Assembly: GCF_006345805.1 (NCBI RefSeq)
Contig: NC_043012.1
Span: 6,820,001 to 6,884,000, forward strand
Direction of reading: 5' to 3'
DNA from: Octopus sinensis
Taxonomy: Eukaryota
DNA length: 64,000 bases
The notes beneath the pieces are model-generated. The model searched no databases and was not told where the DNA came from. It worked only from the letters and a program-made list of their open reading frames with translations. Below, piece after piece: positions 24,233 to 38,754 of this stretch. Position 1 is the first letter of the stretch. Each line of letters starts with the position of its first letter. A program made the translations under genes and the position numbers.

Positions 24233-25780
24233 GTCTATCTAATTATCTATCTGTCTGTCTATCTAACTATAACACAATGATGTCACACATACAATTGTGT
24301 GTGTGTTTGTATGTATGTATGTATGTATGTATGTATGTATGTATGTATGTATGTATGTATCAATGTATGTATGTATGTATGAATGTATGTACATAGCATC
24401 TACCCCATGTGACTGTTACAGCAGCACAAACGTGATGAAGGATGAAAGAGAAAGAAAGCGACTGCCCCGCCATCTTACATAATGTGGAATTTTTTATGAA
24501 TGTTTATGAAACAATTAATGATGAATATTTTAGATTAAGAGTTAAAGCTTCTGCTTGCAGTGAGTGGTGTGAAAATCATGTAAGGAATTCCATGTCATAT
24601 GCCATAGCAAACACCCAAAGGACAAATCAATGAGAGAGATTCTACACTGTCACTTAATCTGCTAGAAATAGCAGCTAAACTTTGCTAAATTCACACTGTA
24701 TCACTTTCATGAAAAGGGTGACATATGATGCTGTAATCTTGGATATACAGGTGGCAAATTTACTGAGGCGTTAGAGCATCAAATAAAAATATGTTTCGAG
24801 GGAGGCATATTTTCTGGTATTTGGTATTTTAAGTTGAAACCCTTTTGTGGTTCGCCTTGCCTTTCATCCTTTCTGGGATAGATAAATAGATTACCAATCT
24901 CGGTCACTGGATTAGTGGAATGATTAACACATTTGATATGATGTATTATGGGATGTGCTTTTAGTTCTTTGAATTCGGAGTTCAAATCCTGCCTTGGATT
25001 CCTCTGGTATTTGATTTAATCTGTTTGCTGGTTCAGCATCATCACTGAACCATTTAGTAGAACCAAATTCATTGCAAGCACTCAGGCCTGAACTTTGGTT
25101 TGAAAATACTCTTCCTCTCCCTGCGACAAGTCTTGGAGGTCCTGTAAATGGCCATTGGTACTACCTGTCATCATCATCATTATCATTTAATGTCCACTTT
25201 TTTTATGCTTGCATGGATCAAATGGAATTCGTTAGGACAGATTTCTTATGGCTTGATGCCTTTCCTGTCACCAACATTCGCATCTTTCCAAGCAATGTAA
25301 TATTTCCCCAATTTCAGACATGTTTTTCATAATAATGTATGTAACCTCTGCTAAATGTATTGAGTGCTTCTTTCTTTTGATTATCCTCTCACTTACTTAT
25401 ATATATATACATACATATATTCTTTTATTATTGTATTTGTTTCAGTTTTTGATTGCAGCGATATTGGAGCACTGCCTTTAGTTGAACAAATCAACCCCAA
25501 GACTTATTCTTTGTAAGCCTAGTAGTTATCCTAATAATAACAGGTAAGTTATATTTATTTAACTAATTTTCTTGTGTGTTATTTTAATTATCTTATTTGA
25601 TATAATTTTCTCTGCATATAATTTTCTCTGCATGAGGTTACCCTGAAATAGGAGTTGCGTATCTATTGGAAAGACACCAAGTTTGTAATAATAATATTAC
25701 AAAATATACTTTTTACATTTCATTAGAAAAGTGTAAAATAGTAAACATCCTGATAACCTGGAGTACTTGTTATTCCATAA

Positions 25781-25867
<87 letters not shown>

Positions 25868-26043
25868 GTTATGAGAGGTAATGGTGTCAATAAGACCCAA
25901 AGGTGTCAGGTAATGCTAAGTGCTATGGATAGACCATAGTTACGCTGCAGGTTTGGTGATTATGTGAATAAGGAGCTGTAAGACCTTCTATTTATAAATG
26001 TTCTAAAATCTTCACAGCCTTGGTTTTTTATCTCATTCTGAAA

Positions 26044-26080
<37 letters not shown>

Positions 26081-26246
26081 ACAGGCTCATTTCAGTTTCT
26101 ATCAACCAAATCCACTCGCAAGGCTTTGGTCAGCCTAAGGCTAAAGTAGAAGACCCATGGCCAAGGTGCCATGCAGTGGGACTGAACTTATAACCATGTG
26201 GCTGGTAAGCAAGCTACTTTACCACATAGCCACTCATATCTGTCTG

Positions 26247-26291
<45 letters not shown>

Positions 26292-26529
26292 ATAATGTAT
26301 GTATGTATATATAATACAGGTAGCATAAGTTCCAAGCTATATCCTATTGAAGCAGACTTGCTTATTCCAGTATTACAATCCAGTGTGTTATTGTATTATT
26401 TGAATCTCCGTCTGAAGAATTTCTTATTGGAAATTTCTTACATGTTTATCCAACATGTACAGCCTTTGTAATTCCTGTTAGCAAACGAAACATGTGTAAT
26501 GGTGGAATAAATAATATCAAAGAAACTTT

Positions 26530-27000
26530 CTAACTTTGAGGACAGCTGTGTAAAGAAGATCCAATCTCCAATCATGGAGGGAACCTGTAGAAGGGGTAGA
26601 CCCAGGAAGACATGGGACAAGATGGTGAAATATAATCTTTAGTCTCATGGAGGCGATGACAGGTGATGGACACTTCTGGTGATTTGCTGTATTTGAGAAG
26701 ACATGTCAAGCCAAGTGAAATTGTATAGTTGTGGCCAGTGCTGGTGATATATAAAGGACACCCATGCCAGTAACCCATAAGAGACATCTGTGCCAGTGAC
26801 CCATCAGGGAACCTGTGCTGGTGACACGTGAATGGCACCCACTTACACACTTGGAGTGGTTGGCAGTAGGAAGGGCATCCATCGATAGAAACCAAACCAA
26901 ATCATACTGGAGACTGATGCAGCGCTCCAGTTTACCAATCCTAGTCAAACCCATATCTAGCATGGAGAATGGGCACGAAATGATAATGATGGCGATGATA
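26530..27000 (+). mobile_element. RTE LINE 3' fragment
   Basis: EDSCVKKIQSPIMEGTCRRGRPRKTWDKMVK (RTE G.R.RGRP..W motif), then 3'UTR and family C terminus. Confidence 0.8.
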
Positions 27001-27704
27001 TATATGACAGGCTTCTATCAATTTCCGCTACCGAATCCACATACAGGGCATTGGTTGGCTCAGGGCTATAATAGCAAACGTGCCCAAAGTGCTGTGCACT
27101 AAGTTTGAACCTCTGACCACGTGACTGGGAAGCAGACTTGTTAAAAACGTGCAACCCAGCTGCTGCCTCACACTGACTGTGAAGAGGTTAATCGTGCAAA
27201 GAGCATCCAGCCATTAGAAATGAATATTCTGTCAAAGCATTCCATACACAACAACAAAGGTTGGTAATTTCATTTGTTATGTGTTTATGTTGACGATGGA
27301 TTGTGACAAGTGTGAGATGCTGTGAGGCACATCCATTCCATGCATACATGGAAATAGAAAAATTAATAATAACAACCAAAAAAAAAAACTGATATAGAAT
27401 GATAACAATAAAGGTATTGTATGTTGATGCTATTGTCCATGAAAATAGAATAGTGAATAATGAAAGTTGCATGTATGTTCTGTATGCGGTGTGTGTGTAT
27501 AGATATATAATACACACACACACACGCAGCACACACATACATATACTTTTTATATGTATATATATATATGTATAAAAGTCTTTGCAGAAGCATATAAACA
27601 TAGTTACACACAACAATGTTGTACTCTGGGCAACGTGTGCAGCACGAACACAACAATGTTCAGACTGCAATATTCAAATATTTTACATGTGTTACATATA
27701 AAAC

Positions 27705-27752
<48 letters not shown>

Positions 27753-28011
27753 AGATATACATGCACAGAATGATAGGTAGCTAGACAGACGGATAATGAT
27801 ATAATGATATGCACACACACACACATGCACACACACACATATGCACATACATGCATTCACACATGCTTTTGCATGTAATTGGCTTTGCATGTATGTGTTT
27901 ATAATGATTTATCGCCATAATTATGCCTAAAAACATGAATATGGCTGTTGCACAGTTACGTAGTTAGATGTAGAAAAGCTGAAGCTAGACATGCACACAG
28001 GTATATACACA

Positions 28012-28072
<61 letters not shown>

Positions 28073-28134
28073 CTATATATACATACATACATACATATAT
28101 ACATACATATATATATATATACATATAGATATAC

Positions 28135-28173
<39 letters not shown>

Positions 28174-28174
28174 G

Positions 28175-28208
<34 letters not shown>

Positions 28209-28226
28209 CAATGTGTGTACGGAAGC

Positions 28227-28261
<35 letters not shown>

Positions 28262-28537
28262 TAGAGAGTGTGTGTGTGTACAATATGGCTAGATGAAGTG
28301 ATATATTTATCTTCATGCATGTGCAACAAACAGCTGAATAGTGTTCGGGCAAGTGACAATCAATACATATTTTTCTCTCCGGCATTTCCCAATTAGCTGG
28401 CTCGGAAGATGATGAAAGAAATGAAAGTTTTCTCACTTCTACCACGGAAATCAATAGCATGTTGACTGTAGGAGGAGGAGCAGAAAAAGTAGGAGGCATA
28501 ATGATGATGATGGTGATGATGGTAGTGATGATGGTGC

Positions 28538-28583
<46 letters not shown>

Positions 28584-28639
28584 GATCATTATAATGAATA
28601 ATAATAATAATATAATAATAATAATAATATAATAATAAG

Positions 28640-28902
28640 AAGAAGAAGAATGATAAAAATAATAGTAATAATATGATGAGGAGGAATGAATGAATGAATG
28701 AATGAAATAGAAGCTGAATAAAAGGAAGCAGAAGAGGAAGAAGAAGAGATGATAATGACTTCAAAATTTAGCACAAGGCCAGCAACTTTTGGTGGGAAAA
28801 ATAAGTCGATTGCATCGCCCCCCAGTGCTTGACTTGAACATTATTTCATTGATCCCAAGTTGAGCTTAGCAGGATTTGAAGTCAGAGCTTGAAAAAAATG
28901 CT

Positions 28903-28942
<40 letters not shown>

Positions 28943-29250
28943 GAAGAAGAAGAAGAAGAAGAAGAATGATAAAAATAATAGTAATAATATGATGAGGAGG
29001 AATGAATGAATGAATGAATGAAATAGAAGCTGAATAAAAGGAAGCAGAAGAGGAAGAAGAAGAGATGATAATGACTTCAAAATTTAGCACAAGGCCAGCA
29101 ACTTTTGGTGGGAAAAATAAGTCGATTGCATCGCCCCCCAGTGCTTGACTTGAACATTATTTCATTGATCCCAAGTTGAGCTTAGCAGGATTTGAAGTCA
29201 GAGCTTGAAAAAAAATGCTGTAATAATAATAATAATAATAATAATAATGA
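28640..29250. repeat. Tandem duplication, 316-bp period, bounded by (AAT)n/(GAA)n
   Basis: TGATAAAAATAATAG at 28651 and 28967; units differ only in one A-run (7 vs 8) and in microsatellite length. Confidence 0.95.
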
Positions 29251-29269
29251 TAATAATAATCCTTTCTAA

Positions 29270-29620
29270 TATCGGCACAAGGCCTGAGGTTTTGGAGAAA
29301 GGGGACTAGTCATTTACATCGACCCCAGTGTTTCACTGGTAATTAATTTATTGACTTCGTAAGGATGAAAGGCAAAGGTCGACCCTGGCAGAATTTGATC
29401 TCGGAACATAAAGTCGGACAAAATACCACTAAGCATTTTGCTCAGCATGTTAACAATTCTGCTAGTTCACCGCCTTAATGAAAATGGTTTCAAGTTTTGG
29501 CAGAAGGCCAGAAATACTGGGAGGAGGGTCTAAGGTGATTCCCTTTACTCCCAGTGACTCCAAAAGGATGAAAAGGAAAGTCAACCTCAATGGAATTTGA
29601 ACTCAGAATGTAAAGATGGA
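29270..29620 (-). mobile_element. Two SINE family B copies
   Basis: GGATGAAAGGCAAAG.TC.ACC cores at ~29365 and ~29568. Confidence 0.75.
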
Positions 29621-29624
29621 CTCT

Positions 29625-29921
29625 GATGCAGTACCAGGCAGTGGCTGTCATGGCTTCTGATCTCAACTGATTGGAAGTGTTATCATGTACATTGTTTTGT
29701 CTTGGTATAAAAGATGGGAAAATATTCTGCTCAATAACACAGATTTGCTTGTCAGTTGTTTGACCTTAACCGGTTGAGGATGTCCCTTAGTGGCTGACGA
29801 TATGTGCATCTCTAATCACGAGCAGAAGTAGTGAGGGAGCATCATAGCCATGTGTTGAGAGGGATTCTTTGGGGTTTGGATTATTCACCTGTGTAAACAT
29901 GGGTGTTTCATTCAACATCCT
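29625..29921 (+). mobile_element. Repeat family F fragment, interrupted by a piggyBac-like MITE end at ~29921
   Basis: GGAAGTGTTATCATGTACATTGTTTTGTCTTGGTATAAAAGATGGG...CACAGATTTGCTTGTC, shared with 38755-39235 and 62130-62608. Confidence 0.8.
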
Positions 29922-30060
29922 TAACCCTTTTGTTGCCATATTTATTTTGAGAAGCTCTGTGTTTCTTTCAATTATTTTAAATATAACAAAGAATCTAGTA
30001 AAATAACTTAGTTATCATTCACCTAGTGTTAGGAACATAAATTATGACTAAGGTTTAGTC
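29921..30060. mobile_element. piggyBac-like MITE, left half
   Basis: TTAACCCTTTTGTTGCCATATTT...TAGGAACATAAATTATGACTAAGGTTT matches 4214-4340. Confidence 0.75.
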
Positions 30061-30129
30061 ATACATACATACATACATACATACAACATACATACATACA
30101 TACATACATACATACATACATACATACAT

Positions 30130-30360
30130 ACCCTGTTGTTGATATTGAAATTCCAATGAAGGAACCTTGGATCTAGGTTAGAAACCAGCACTTTCTCTAT
30201 TGGCAAGAAATCTTGAAATAAAACTGAACAATGGCATACATACAGAAATACCCTAATGATTTTGTTAAAATTCCAATAAAAGGGGCTGTGGATCTAACTT
30301 AGAAACTGACTCCTTCTCGATTGACAAGCAATCCTGAAATAAAACTAAAAAATGACATAT
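30130..30360 (+). repeat. Two tandem ~120-bp units (GGATCTA..TTAGAAAC...GAAATAAAACT.AA) after (ATAC)n
   Basis: Direct alignment of the two units. Confidence 0.7.
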
Positions 30361-31395
30361 ATAATATATAGGTTTCTCTTGGTCTTAGTTTAGCAAATCC
30401 ATTCACAAGGCTTTGGTTGGGTCAGAGCTGTTGCAGATAACACTTGCTCAAATTATCATACAGTGAAATTGAACTTGCATCCATATGGCTTGGAAGCAAA
30501 CTTCATAACCACATAGTCGTGCTTGCACCTGTACGTATACACACACGCAAACACCTGTATGTATACATACATCCATGCATATATGCACACACACACACAT
30601 ATGCATATATGCATGGATCCATGTATGTACAAGAAATTGCTTCATAAATCCATGAAATTATCTCCCCTTATATCTGAGTATCTCAAATATTTGCATTCAG
30701 GTTTTCGTTTTCATTCCTCAACCATGAGGGAAATATCTGTTATTTGAACATTTTTTTTTTTTGCATATGTCACTCAGTGCTTCTCCCTTATTCTGTGTGT
30801 ATGTGTGTGTGCGTGTGTGTGTGCATATCTGGTTCTGTTGATTGGTTCTTATTAGCAGAGCAGAACATGCCTGACAGGAGAGCTAATGGGAACAGCGTAA
30901 GAACCATAGTGAAAAGAATCAATATTATTATGATTGTCAGGTTACATTTTTAAGGGCCTGTGTGCAAATATAATTGCACATGCGTCAATGTTTGCGTTTG
31001 CATATGTGTATGTGTGCATGTATGTGTCTATGTTTGTTTGTGTATGTGTGCATATATATATATATATTTATATATATATATATATACTCACACACAAACA
31101 TATCTATATAAAGCATATATGAATATGTATTTTTATGCTTTATAATAATTGTATGTATCTCTCTATACATACAAATGTATAAATCTCTTTCTCATGTATA
31201 TATAATGTAATATAAACCAAGTCAGACCAGACTGCAGAACCTGGTGTAGCCCCAGGCCTTGTTAGTTCCTGTCAAGCCGTCCAACCCATGCCAGCATGGA
31301 AAAAAGATGTTAAATGTTGATGATGATGATGATCTATGTATGTATGTTGTAATTTACATACGATATAATATAATGTGATATAATATTTATAAAAT

Positions 31396-31429
<34 letters not shown>

Positions 31430-31499
31430 CCCACACACATATATATGCATGTATATATCTATGTGTATGTATGTATACATGTATGTGTGTGTGTGTATG

Positions 31500-31535
<36 letters not shown>

Positions 31536-31703
31536 CGTGCATTCAAGGGTGTGTATGTGTATGTTAAAATAAGGTTATTCTCATAAATTATATTTCAGAA
31601 CAACAATGGAACTTTCACTGATTGTGTATCTCCATGTGGAGGGTAAAGTCAAATTTATTGTGTGGGACTTGCCTACACACACAAAAACACACATGCACAC
31701 AAA

Positions 31704-31750
<47 letters not shown>

Positions 31751-31859
31751 CATAAACACGCATACAAGCATACACATACACATGCACACACACAGACACA
31801 CACACATTCACACACACACACACATGTATATATACATACATCTGTATATGCATATACAT

Positions 31860-33270
31860 CATCATCGTCATCACACATCTGTCTTTCAGGTCGATGGCAT
31901 GTGTTGGTTGGTTTGAGAGGCTTCAAATGAGTCGAAAAACTGCCGTGCTTCAACATCAGCTTTGTTATGGTTTCTATGTTTGGATGCCCTTCCTAATGCC
32001 AACCACTTTACAGAGTTCTAAGTGCTTTTCTGTGAACAGCTGCACCGGTGAGGCTGAGGTTGCTTGTAACTTGCAGGACTAAGATCCCCTTTCATCGAAA
32101 GGGACCAAATTAGATAGTCAGGGGGCAGCTGTGTGCAAGGTGTTAAGAAAGGAGGGTCCTGAACTGGTTTCTTGCTGTAGAAGAGATACAAGGCTAACTT
32201 GCATTATATAAAAGTGGATGAGGGTAATCAGAAGGAGCTGGAACCAGAAATAAATCTGGTGATGATACAATGTCAAGGTAGGCCCTCAATGTACATGAAG
32301 ACAAGAAGAGATGGTGGTTAGAGGTTGCAATAACATATATGAGGAGTGAAGGGTGGATAGAAATGGGTAGGGGTGATGCAGTGAAAGAGCGAACTAGGTA
32401 AGGGTGTGCTTGGTGATAAATACGATTCAAAGGGAAGCTAGGGGAGAGTAGGCTATGACTGAAGAGACAGGTTAAGAGTTAGAGGTGAATGTAGTGAATG
32501 GTGAACAAATGTGTTCAATAATTAATATGAGATGGGAGTAGTTGGACAATGTAGGGTGATCAATGTGAAATGCAAGTAGAGAGGAGTTATGTTAAGAATT
32601 AAGGATAGCTGTCAAACAAAGTGGTTCCAAGTAGTGGAAGAAATAACAGGTAGCACAGAGAAGGATAATGAAATATGTAGCTCTTATCTAATTTAATTAC
32701 AACAGCAGTATACTGCACTAATTAGAAAAGTGATGAAGGGATCAGTGCAAGGAAGGTATGATGGATAAATTGGGAAAGAAGCCCATTTGTGTAGATATAC
32801 ACGTTATGCATCCAGGCCCCGAGCTGCACTGAGATGGGTGGGTCTTATTGAGCACTACACTGTATATCACTAGTCACCCTGGTCCTCTGGCATCTCGTCT
32901 GGGAGGTTCGGAGTCCTGAGGTCAGTTTTCACTACTTCATTCCATAACTTCCAGGACATTCCTCTTCCACACACTCCATCCACATATGACATTTCTTTAT
33001 AAAGTTGACCTCATCACATGGCCATACCAGCATAATCTTCTACCTTCCACACTACATCTGATGCGTCTCATGTCCAGTTTTCCTCTTGACCCATTTATAC
33101 TTTGTCATACCTGCACACAGACACTGGACATCCAGCAGAGCATGTCAGCTTCATTTCTTACAGACATTTGCATGTCTTCTACATTCTCAGCCCATGTTTG
33201 ACTACCATGTGGCATTGCCATTCATGCACAGACATCATGCAATCTGCTTTTTGCTCTGAGAGAGAAAAAT
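31860..33270 (-). mobile_element. RTE LINE 3' ~1.4 kb: ORF2 C-terminus, long 3'UTR and (GAT)n tail
   Basis: Minus frames LSLRAKSRL..HGSQTWA..RNEADMLCWM..RRLCWYGHVMR..GVCGRG..WNEVVKTDLR (33270-32850); family C terminus at ~31990-31860. Confidence 0.8.
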
Positions 33271-33289
33271 TCTTTCCACAGAGGAGTAA

Positions 33290-33660
33290 CTATGTGGTAA
33301 GAAGTTTGCTTCCCAACCACATGGTTCTGGGTTCAGTCCCACTGCGTGACACCTTGGGCAAGTGTCTTCCACTATAGCCTTGGGCCAACCAAAGACTTAT
33401 GAGTGGATATGGTACGTGGAAACTGATTAAAGGTCATTGTGTGCATGTATATGTGTGTGTGTTCCTTTGTGTCTGTGTTTGTCCACCACCACTGCTTGAC
33501 AGCCAGTGTTGGTGTGTTTACATCCCCATAGCTTGGCAAAAGAGACTGATAGAATAGGCATCCAGCTGACGAAAACCAATTAGTCCAGGAACTGATTTGT
33601 CTGATCAAAATTCTTCAAGATGATGCCCCAGCATGGTCACTATCTAATGACTGAAAACCA
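33290..33660 (+). mobile_element. SINE family A (one of only two plus-strand copies)
   Basis: GGTAAGAAGTTTGCTTCCCAACCACATGGTTCTGGGTTCAGTCCC head. Confidence 0.85.
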
Positions 33661-34413
33661 GTGAAAGATAAAAAGATAAAATATAGCTTCCAAAACTTGC
33701 TCCAGCCTGATCAAGCTCTAGCTGTATTCATATCATCCTTCTTCGCTGCTAATTAGGTCACTTAAGTAACAGAAGCTATTTACCATGCCTTGGGATCCTC
33801 GTGGGCATTCAAGAAAAATCTATTTCCTGTATGCTCTTAGTGTTGATTGCTTCTGTGCATCTGCTACATACAAGGTCTACTTTCTCTATTAATCTGCCTG
33901 TGATTCCACTCCGCCTTCTATTCGTCCACAGTTTGCATTCAGTACACTATATGGAGTGTCTATCTCCTCCTTTTCTGCACATTGAGCAAGGCTATCACCC
34001 TCATGGAAATCCAGCCTGTTTCTCTTTCTTGCTAAAACCACACACACACACAGATATATATAATTATCTCCTTCTTTCTATCACTATTTGCCTGTCATCT
34101 CTTTCTGAGTCAATTTATCAATCATTCTGTAGATACGTGTGTGTGTGTGTGTTGTGCTCGTGGTAAATGAGCGAATCTATATATTTATCAATTTAGTAAA
34201 TAATTGGGATAGAGTTCTGAAGGCCTATCTGTCAGTCAATCAATTTACCTATCCTCTTCTCCCTCCTTCCCTACTCACCTATGTCTCAGTTCGTTCATCT
34301 ATCTATCTGTATGTCTGTCTGCCTGTCTATTTATTTATATCTCACTCATCTATCTTTAAATATGTATATCTTTATATATGTATGTATGTATATATATATA
34401 TATATTATATATA

Positions 34414-34459
<46 letters not shown>

Positions 34460-35021
34460 TAGTTTGTCTATTCAACACTCTCGTTATCTGTCCATCTCTG
34501 TTCTTACCAGTTTCTACCAAACTATCTCTCCCGCCAATCATCCACACACACACGCACACTCACACTCACACACACACACACATACAAATGGCAGTGAAGT
34601 TGAGAAGTTCATCTCAAGAACAAGGTCTTGGGCTGCATCCCGCTGTAGAGCCTTCTCAAAGCCTTTTGTGAGGGATTTTGATTGATGAGAGCTGAAAAGG
34701 AATTCATCCCTCCCTCCTCCCCCTCCTCCTCCCCCTCATCATCATCATCATCATCATCATCGTCATCATCACTAACATCATTTAACATTTCTTTCCCTGT
34801 GTCGGCATGGGTTGAATGGTTTAATAATGAACTAAGAAGCCAAAAGGCTGCACTTGAACCCTGATTTGGTATTGTTTCTACAGCTGGATGCCTTTCCTAA
34901 TGCCAACCACTTCACAGAGACTACTGGGTGACTCTTTTGTGGCATGACCATATGTGTGTGTATGTGTGTGTATATAAGACCACCCCTTGATATCACATAC
35001 TAGCATCAGTAGTAGTAGTAT

Positions 35022-35065
<44 letters not shown>

Positions 35066-35584
35066 TGGGGGAATGCTTTGTAACAGCACATTGTTGCATG
35101 CACCATTTGTAGGTGATTCCCTCCTACTTGTGGTGGACAACACCTTTGCACCACTCAGGCGACACTCTTCCAGCCCATGGGTCCGTTTGGGTAGTCGTTG
35201 CTGATGAGGGTCTTACGAGATCAGAGTGCAAATCCTACTTCAACCTCTTTTAGTCCCCTTTTAAGGCATGTAGAGGAGATATAGGGTCTGCTCTTTGACA
35301 TGCTGGTCCTCACACAGCATTCGATTTGATTCCATCAGTTACGAATGACCATGGGTGCACCTAAGAGGTTCCCCTCCAGGGTACAAGTCTGGGCAGAAAG
35401 AAATGCTAAATGATGTTAGTGATTATGATGAGGATGAGGAGGAGGAGGAGGTGAACACACAACCTAGGGTTGTTTTATGGAAGACCAGCAGTCGCCCATG
35501 CAAACTAGCCTCTCCTCTGCCACCAATGTTATCTAATGGAAAGGCAAAGGGGCTGATACAGCTTGACACCAGTGATGTTGAAAT

Positions 35585-35860
35585 TCATTTCTACAGCTGA
35601 GTGAACTGGAGCAATGTGAAATAAAGTGTCTTGCTCAAGAACACAACATGCAACCCGGTCCAGGAATCGAACTCACAACTTCTCGATTGTAAGCTCAATG
35701 CTCTAACCACAGAGCCATGCCCCTTCACACACAGCATTGGAGTAACAAGAAATGAAGTGTTTTGCTCAAGATCACAATACTGCCTATTCCAGGAATTGAA
35801 CCTATGATGTTGTGATCGTGAGTACAACACTCTAAGCACTAGACCATGCACCATTACATA
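35585..35860 (-). mobile_element. Two tandem SINE family E heads
   Basis: CTTGCTCAAGA.CAC..CCAGGAAT.GAAC occurs twice. Confidence 0.65.
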
Positions 35861-36689
35861 CTAATTGCAAATAAATCTCACTGTCATACCAGCAGTGTCT
35901 ATAATTTACAGTCTGCCTGTCACCAACCTTGACCTGTGTCCAGTGTACTATTTTCCACTGAACTAGGAAAAATATTGCCTTACTCAGAAAACAAGGAAGG
36001 TTGGCAACAGGAAGTGCTTTAGGCCATAGCAAATTCACTTCAACAAATCTTGTCTGATCCATGCAAACATGGAAAAATAGATGCTAAAACAATGACGATT
36101 ATGATGATGATGATATATAAATTTTCTATATCATTTGTAAGATTCATGATGTAATGAAATAAATTTTTGCTGTATGATGAGTGGGTCATTTTGCCAATAA
36201 TAAACACATGCACTAGTTCTATTTCACTTCTTTTATTATTTGTTTGTCAATTGGTTAACGATTCAATCAATTAATTAATCAACTGTTTGATGAATCATTT
36301 GGTTTAATTAATCATCAATCAATCAATCATGATTCGACCAGTTATGTTTGTCGAATTCTTCTTTTTGCCATTTGGATCTTATTTAACAAAGTTGATCTGG
36401 AGCAGAGAGGGTATGTCAACCCTAGTTGAGCAGACCCGTTTTCAAAGGTACACCTTGTGGTGGTGTTTCAGTAACTCTGAGGGATATGTCAGCAAGGTAG
36501 AACCTTCTGATAGGGCCTATCATGCTGAAAAGGTTAAAGGATGGAGGGCAGACTAATATGTGCCACCACTTGTTAGAGGTAAAAATGGGTTTGCATTGGG
36601 CCAACATCACCCCTACCAAGAAAAAAAAAACATAGTTATAAAAGCATTGATGATATTTTAAAACCAACAGAACCTGGGAGAGCAAAAAC

Positions 36690-36955
36690 CTTTCCTCGGG
36701 GAAATATATAGAACCAGTACAATAAAATGTGCAAAGAATTCTGCATTACACATCATGCCCTGACCTGGAACCCACAAGGGATAGAGTAGAGAGGATGCCC
36801 TGAAAAATAGCTGAAGTGGGGATACTGAGACAGAACTGAAAAAAAAACAAGGATCCAACAGGAGAGAAGCAGGAAAAAGACAGGTCAGAGTTGAAAAGAG
36901 TGGAGAACAGTCATCAATGGCCAATGCTCCATTGGAAGCAAAGGGTCTAAGAGAA
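36690..36955 (+). mobile_element. RTE LINE 3' fragment, second subfamily
   Basis: ITHHALTWNPQG (RTE ALxWxPxGxRxRGRP motif) and a WRTVINGQCS-like end. Confidence 0.6.
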
Positions 36956-37479
36956 AAGAGATGGTCAGAGAAATCCCATTGGTGGCCATCCCATCCTTTT
37001 ATATATATATGTATATATATAATAAATTAAATAATAAAACATATGCATATATACATACATATATGTACGTACCTACCTCTACATGTATATATACATGCAT
37101 ATATGGGTACAGGACTCCAAAAAAAACGTCGAACACAATGAGAAACGAAAACATAAGCACAAAAATAAGGAAATGGACATTTCTTTTAAACAACGAAAAA
37201 ATAGAGTACAGGACATACAAAACAAGGAAAATTCCCCTTCTTCAGTCGCCTTAGTATCATCTACTCCACGTTTCAAAGGTCAAGGCGATACATGACTTCA
37301 ATAAAACTTTCCTTCCCGATTAGGGACTGCATTACCTAATGTATTCATCCAATTCTAAAAATGATTAAACAGGAAAATTTGAAACATGGTTTCCTATAAA
37401 ACTTCTGTTCTCTGTAGACAATACTTTAATGAAATATATTATTAGCTTGTCTATTATTGTTGAAGATGACAAAAGAAAT

Positions 37480-37680
37480 CGAGTGGGAGAAGAGGGATCA
37501 TGATGTGTCCAGCTGTGGCCGATTGGTGCGATGCATGCTCAGAAGGTACTGCTGCAGGTTGGGCACTGGTGACCTGCTGGGACTGAGTGCAAGGTGTTGG
37601 CTCTGAACTTGCGCAGTTCACATTTTCTTTCTGCTCTTACAATGCTGTTTTGTTCGTAGCAGGTAGCACCTCTGTGATAC
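37480..37680 (-). mobile_element. RTE (BovB-like) LINE extreme 3' end
   Basis: GATCYEQNSIVRAERKCELRKFRA...CPTCSSTF*ACIAPIGHSWTH resembles the RTE terminal CPxCxRxFxxxIGLxSHxRTH finger. Confidence 0.6.
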
Positions 37681-37731
37681 ATACATACATACATACATAC
37701 ACACATACATACATACATACATACATACATA

Positions 37732-37798
<67 letters not shown>

Positions 37799-38377
37799 CT
37801 TGCAACAGTAAAGCAAGAACACACAACATTCCTCTTTGCTTGCTTATAGAATTACGCAAATATGGAAAAATATTTTCCATATTACTACCTAAGCCCCCCC
37901 ACCAACTATCGCCACCACCACCACCACCACCACCTACTGTTACTAGTAGTTGTCGTGGTAGTTAGTAACTGGTAGTGTAAAAATAGTAGTAGTAATAATA
38001 ATTTTGAGTTTGGTGTTTTGTTGATGTTATCAAATTATCCCGAAAACTACAAAAATAATGAAATAAGAAATAAAAAGAAAAAAAGAAAAAGGAAAAGCTA
38101 CATTAAGAAACGCATAAAACTAAAAAAAAAGGAGAATAACGTAACACATGACCTATCATGGGATTAGATTCCAGAAATAAATTTTATCAGTTGAAAAATT
38201 CTATTAGTAGAAAGAATATATATGATCAGTATGAATTAGTGTTTTGTAATTAGTTCTCATTTTGTTCATAAGCTGGTCGATATAGATACAAAGATATCTC
38301 ATTAGCAGAAAATATTTATACGTATATACATGTGTACGTATAAATATATATGTACACACACAGCGACACACACACAC

Positions 38378-38426
<49 letters not shown>

Positions 38427-38754
38427 TATACATACCTGTATCTGTGTGTTTCATGTATATATATATATATATATATATATACTTTATTGAAAAGCAGCAG
38501 AAATATCACAAAAACTGTTACTCAGAGTTTTATGTTTCTGTCTGATGAACGGGAATTTTCAGAAAGAGTAATCGACCAGCTGATTCATACATTACAAGTC
38601 CTATCTGTGAGTGGAAGAGTAAAAATATGCAAGACTTTTCTCAAGTTACAAATGTGAATTTGTCTGTGTTAACTACATCCCAAAGATGGAGCCTTGTATC
38701 TTTGTTGGAAACCGGCTCACTCGTCAGTGGAAGATTTATAATAATTAAGAAATA

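Noticed and set aside
24442-24633. 63-aa non-repetitive ORF
   Set aside because: No recognisable domain or flanking splice signals.
25628-25670. CTGCATGA-GGTTACCC-TGAAA hammerhead-like words
   Set aside because: The core has an insertion and there is no convincing stem I or III.
32194-32430. 78-aa minus-strand ORF
   Set aside because: Falls in the 3'UTR of the RTE fragment at 31860-33270.
37225-37290. Minus-strand GAAACGT ... CTGAAGA with short hairpins
   Set aside because: Penelope-like words are present, but order and pairing do not give a valid type I, II or III hammerhead.
37620-37668. Plus-strand pyrimidine tract with CAG|GTAGC (possible recursive site)
   Set aside because: Lies in the antisense of an RTE coding remnant, and the donor is weak.
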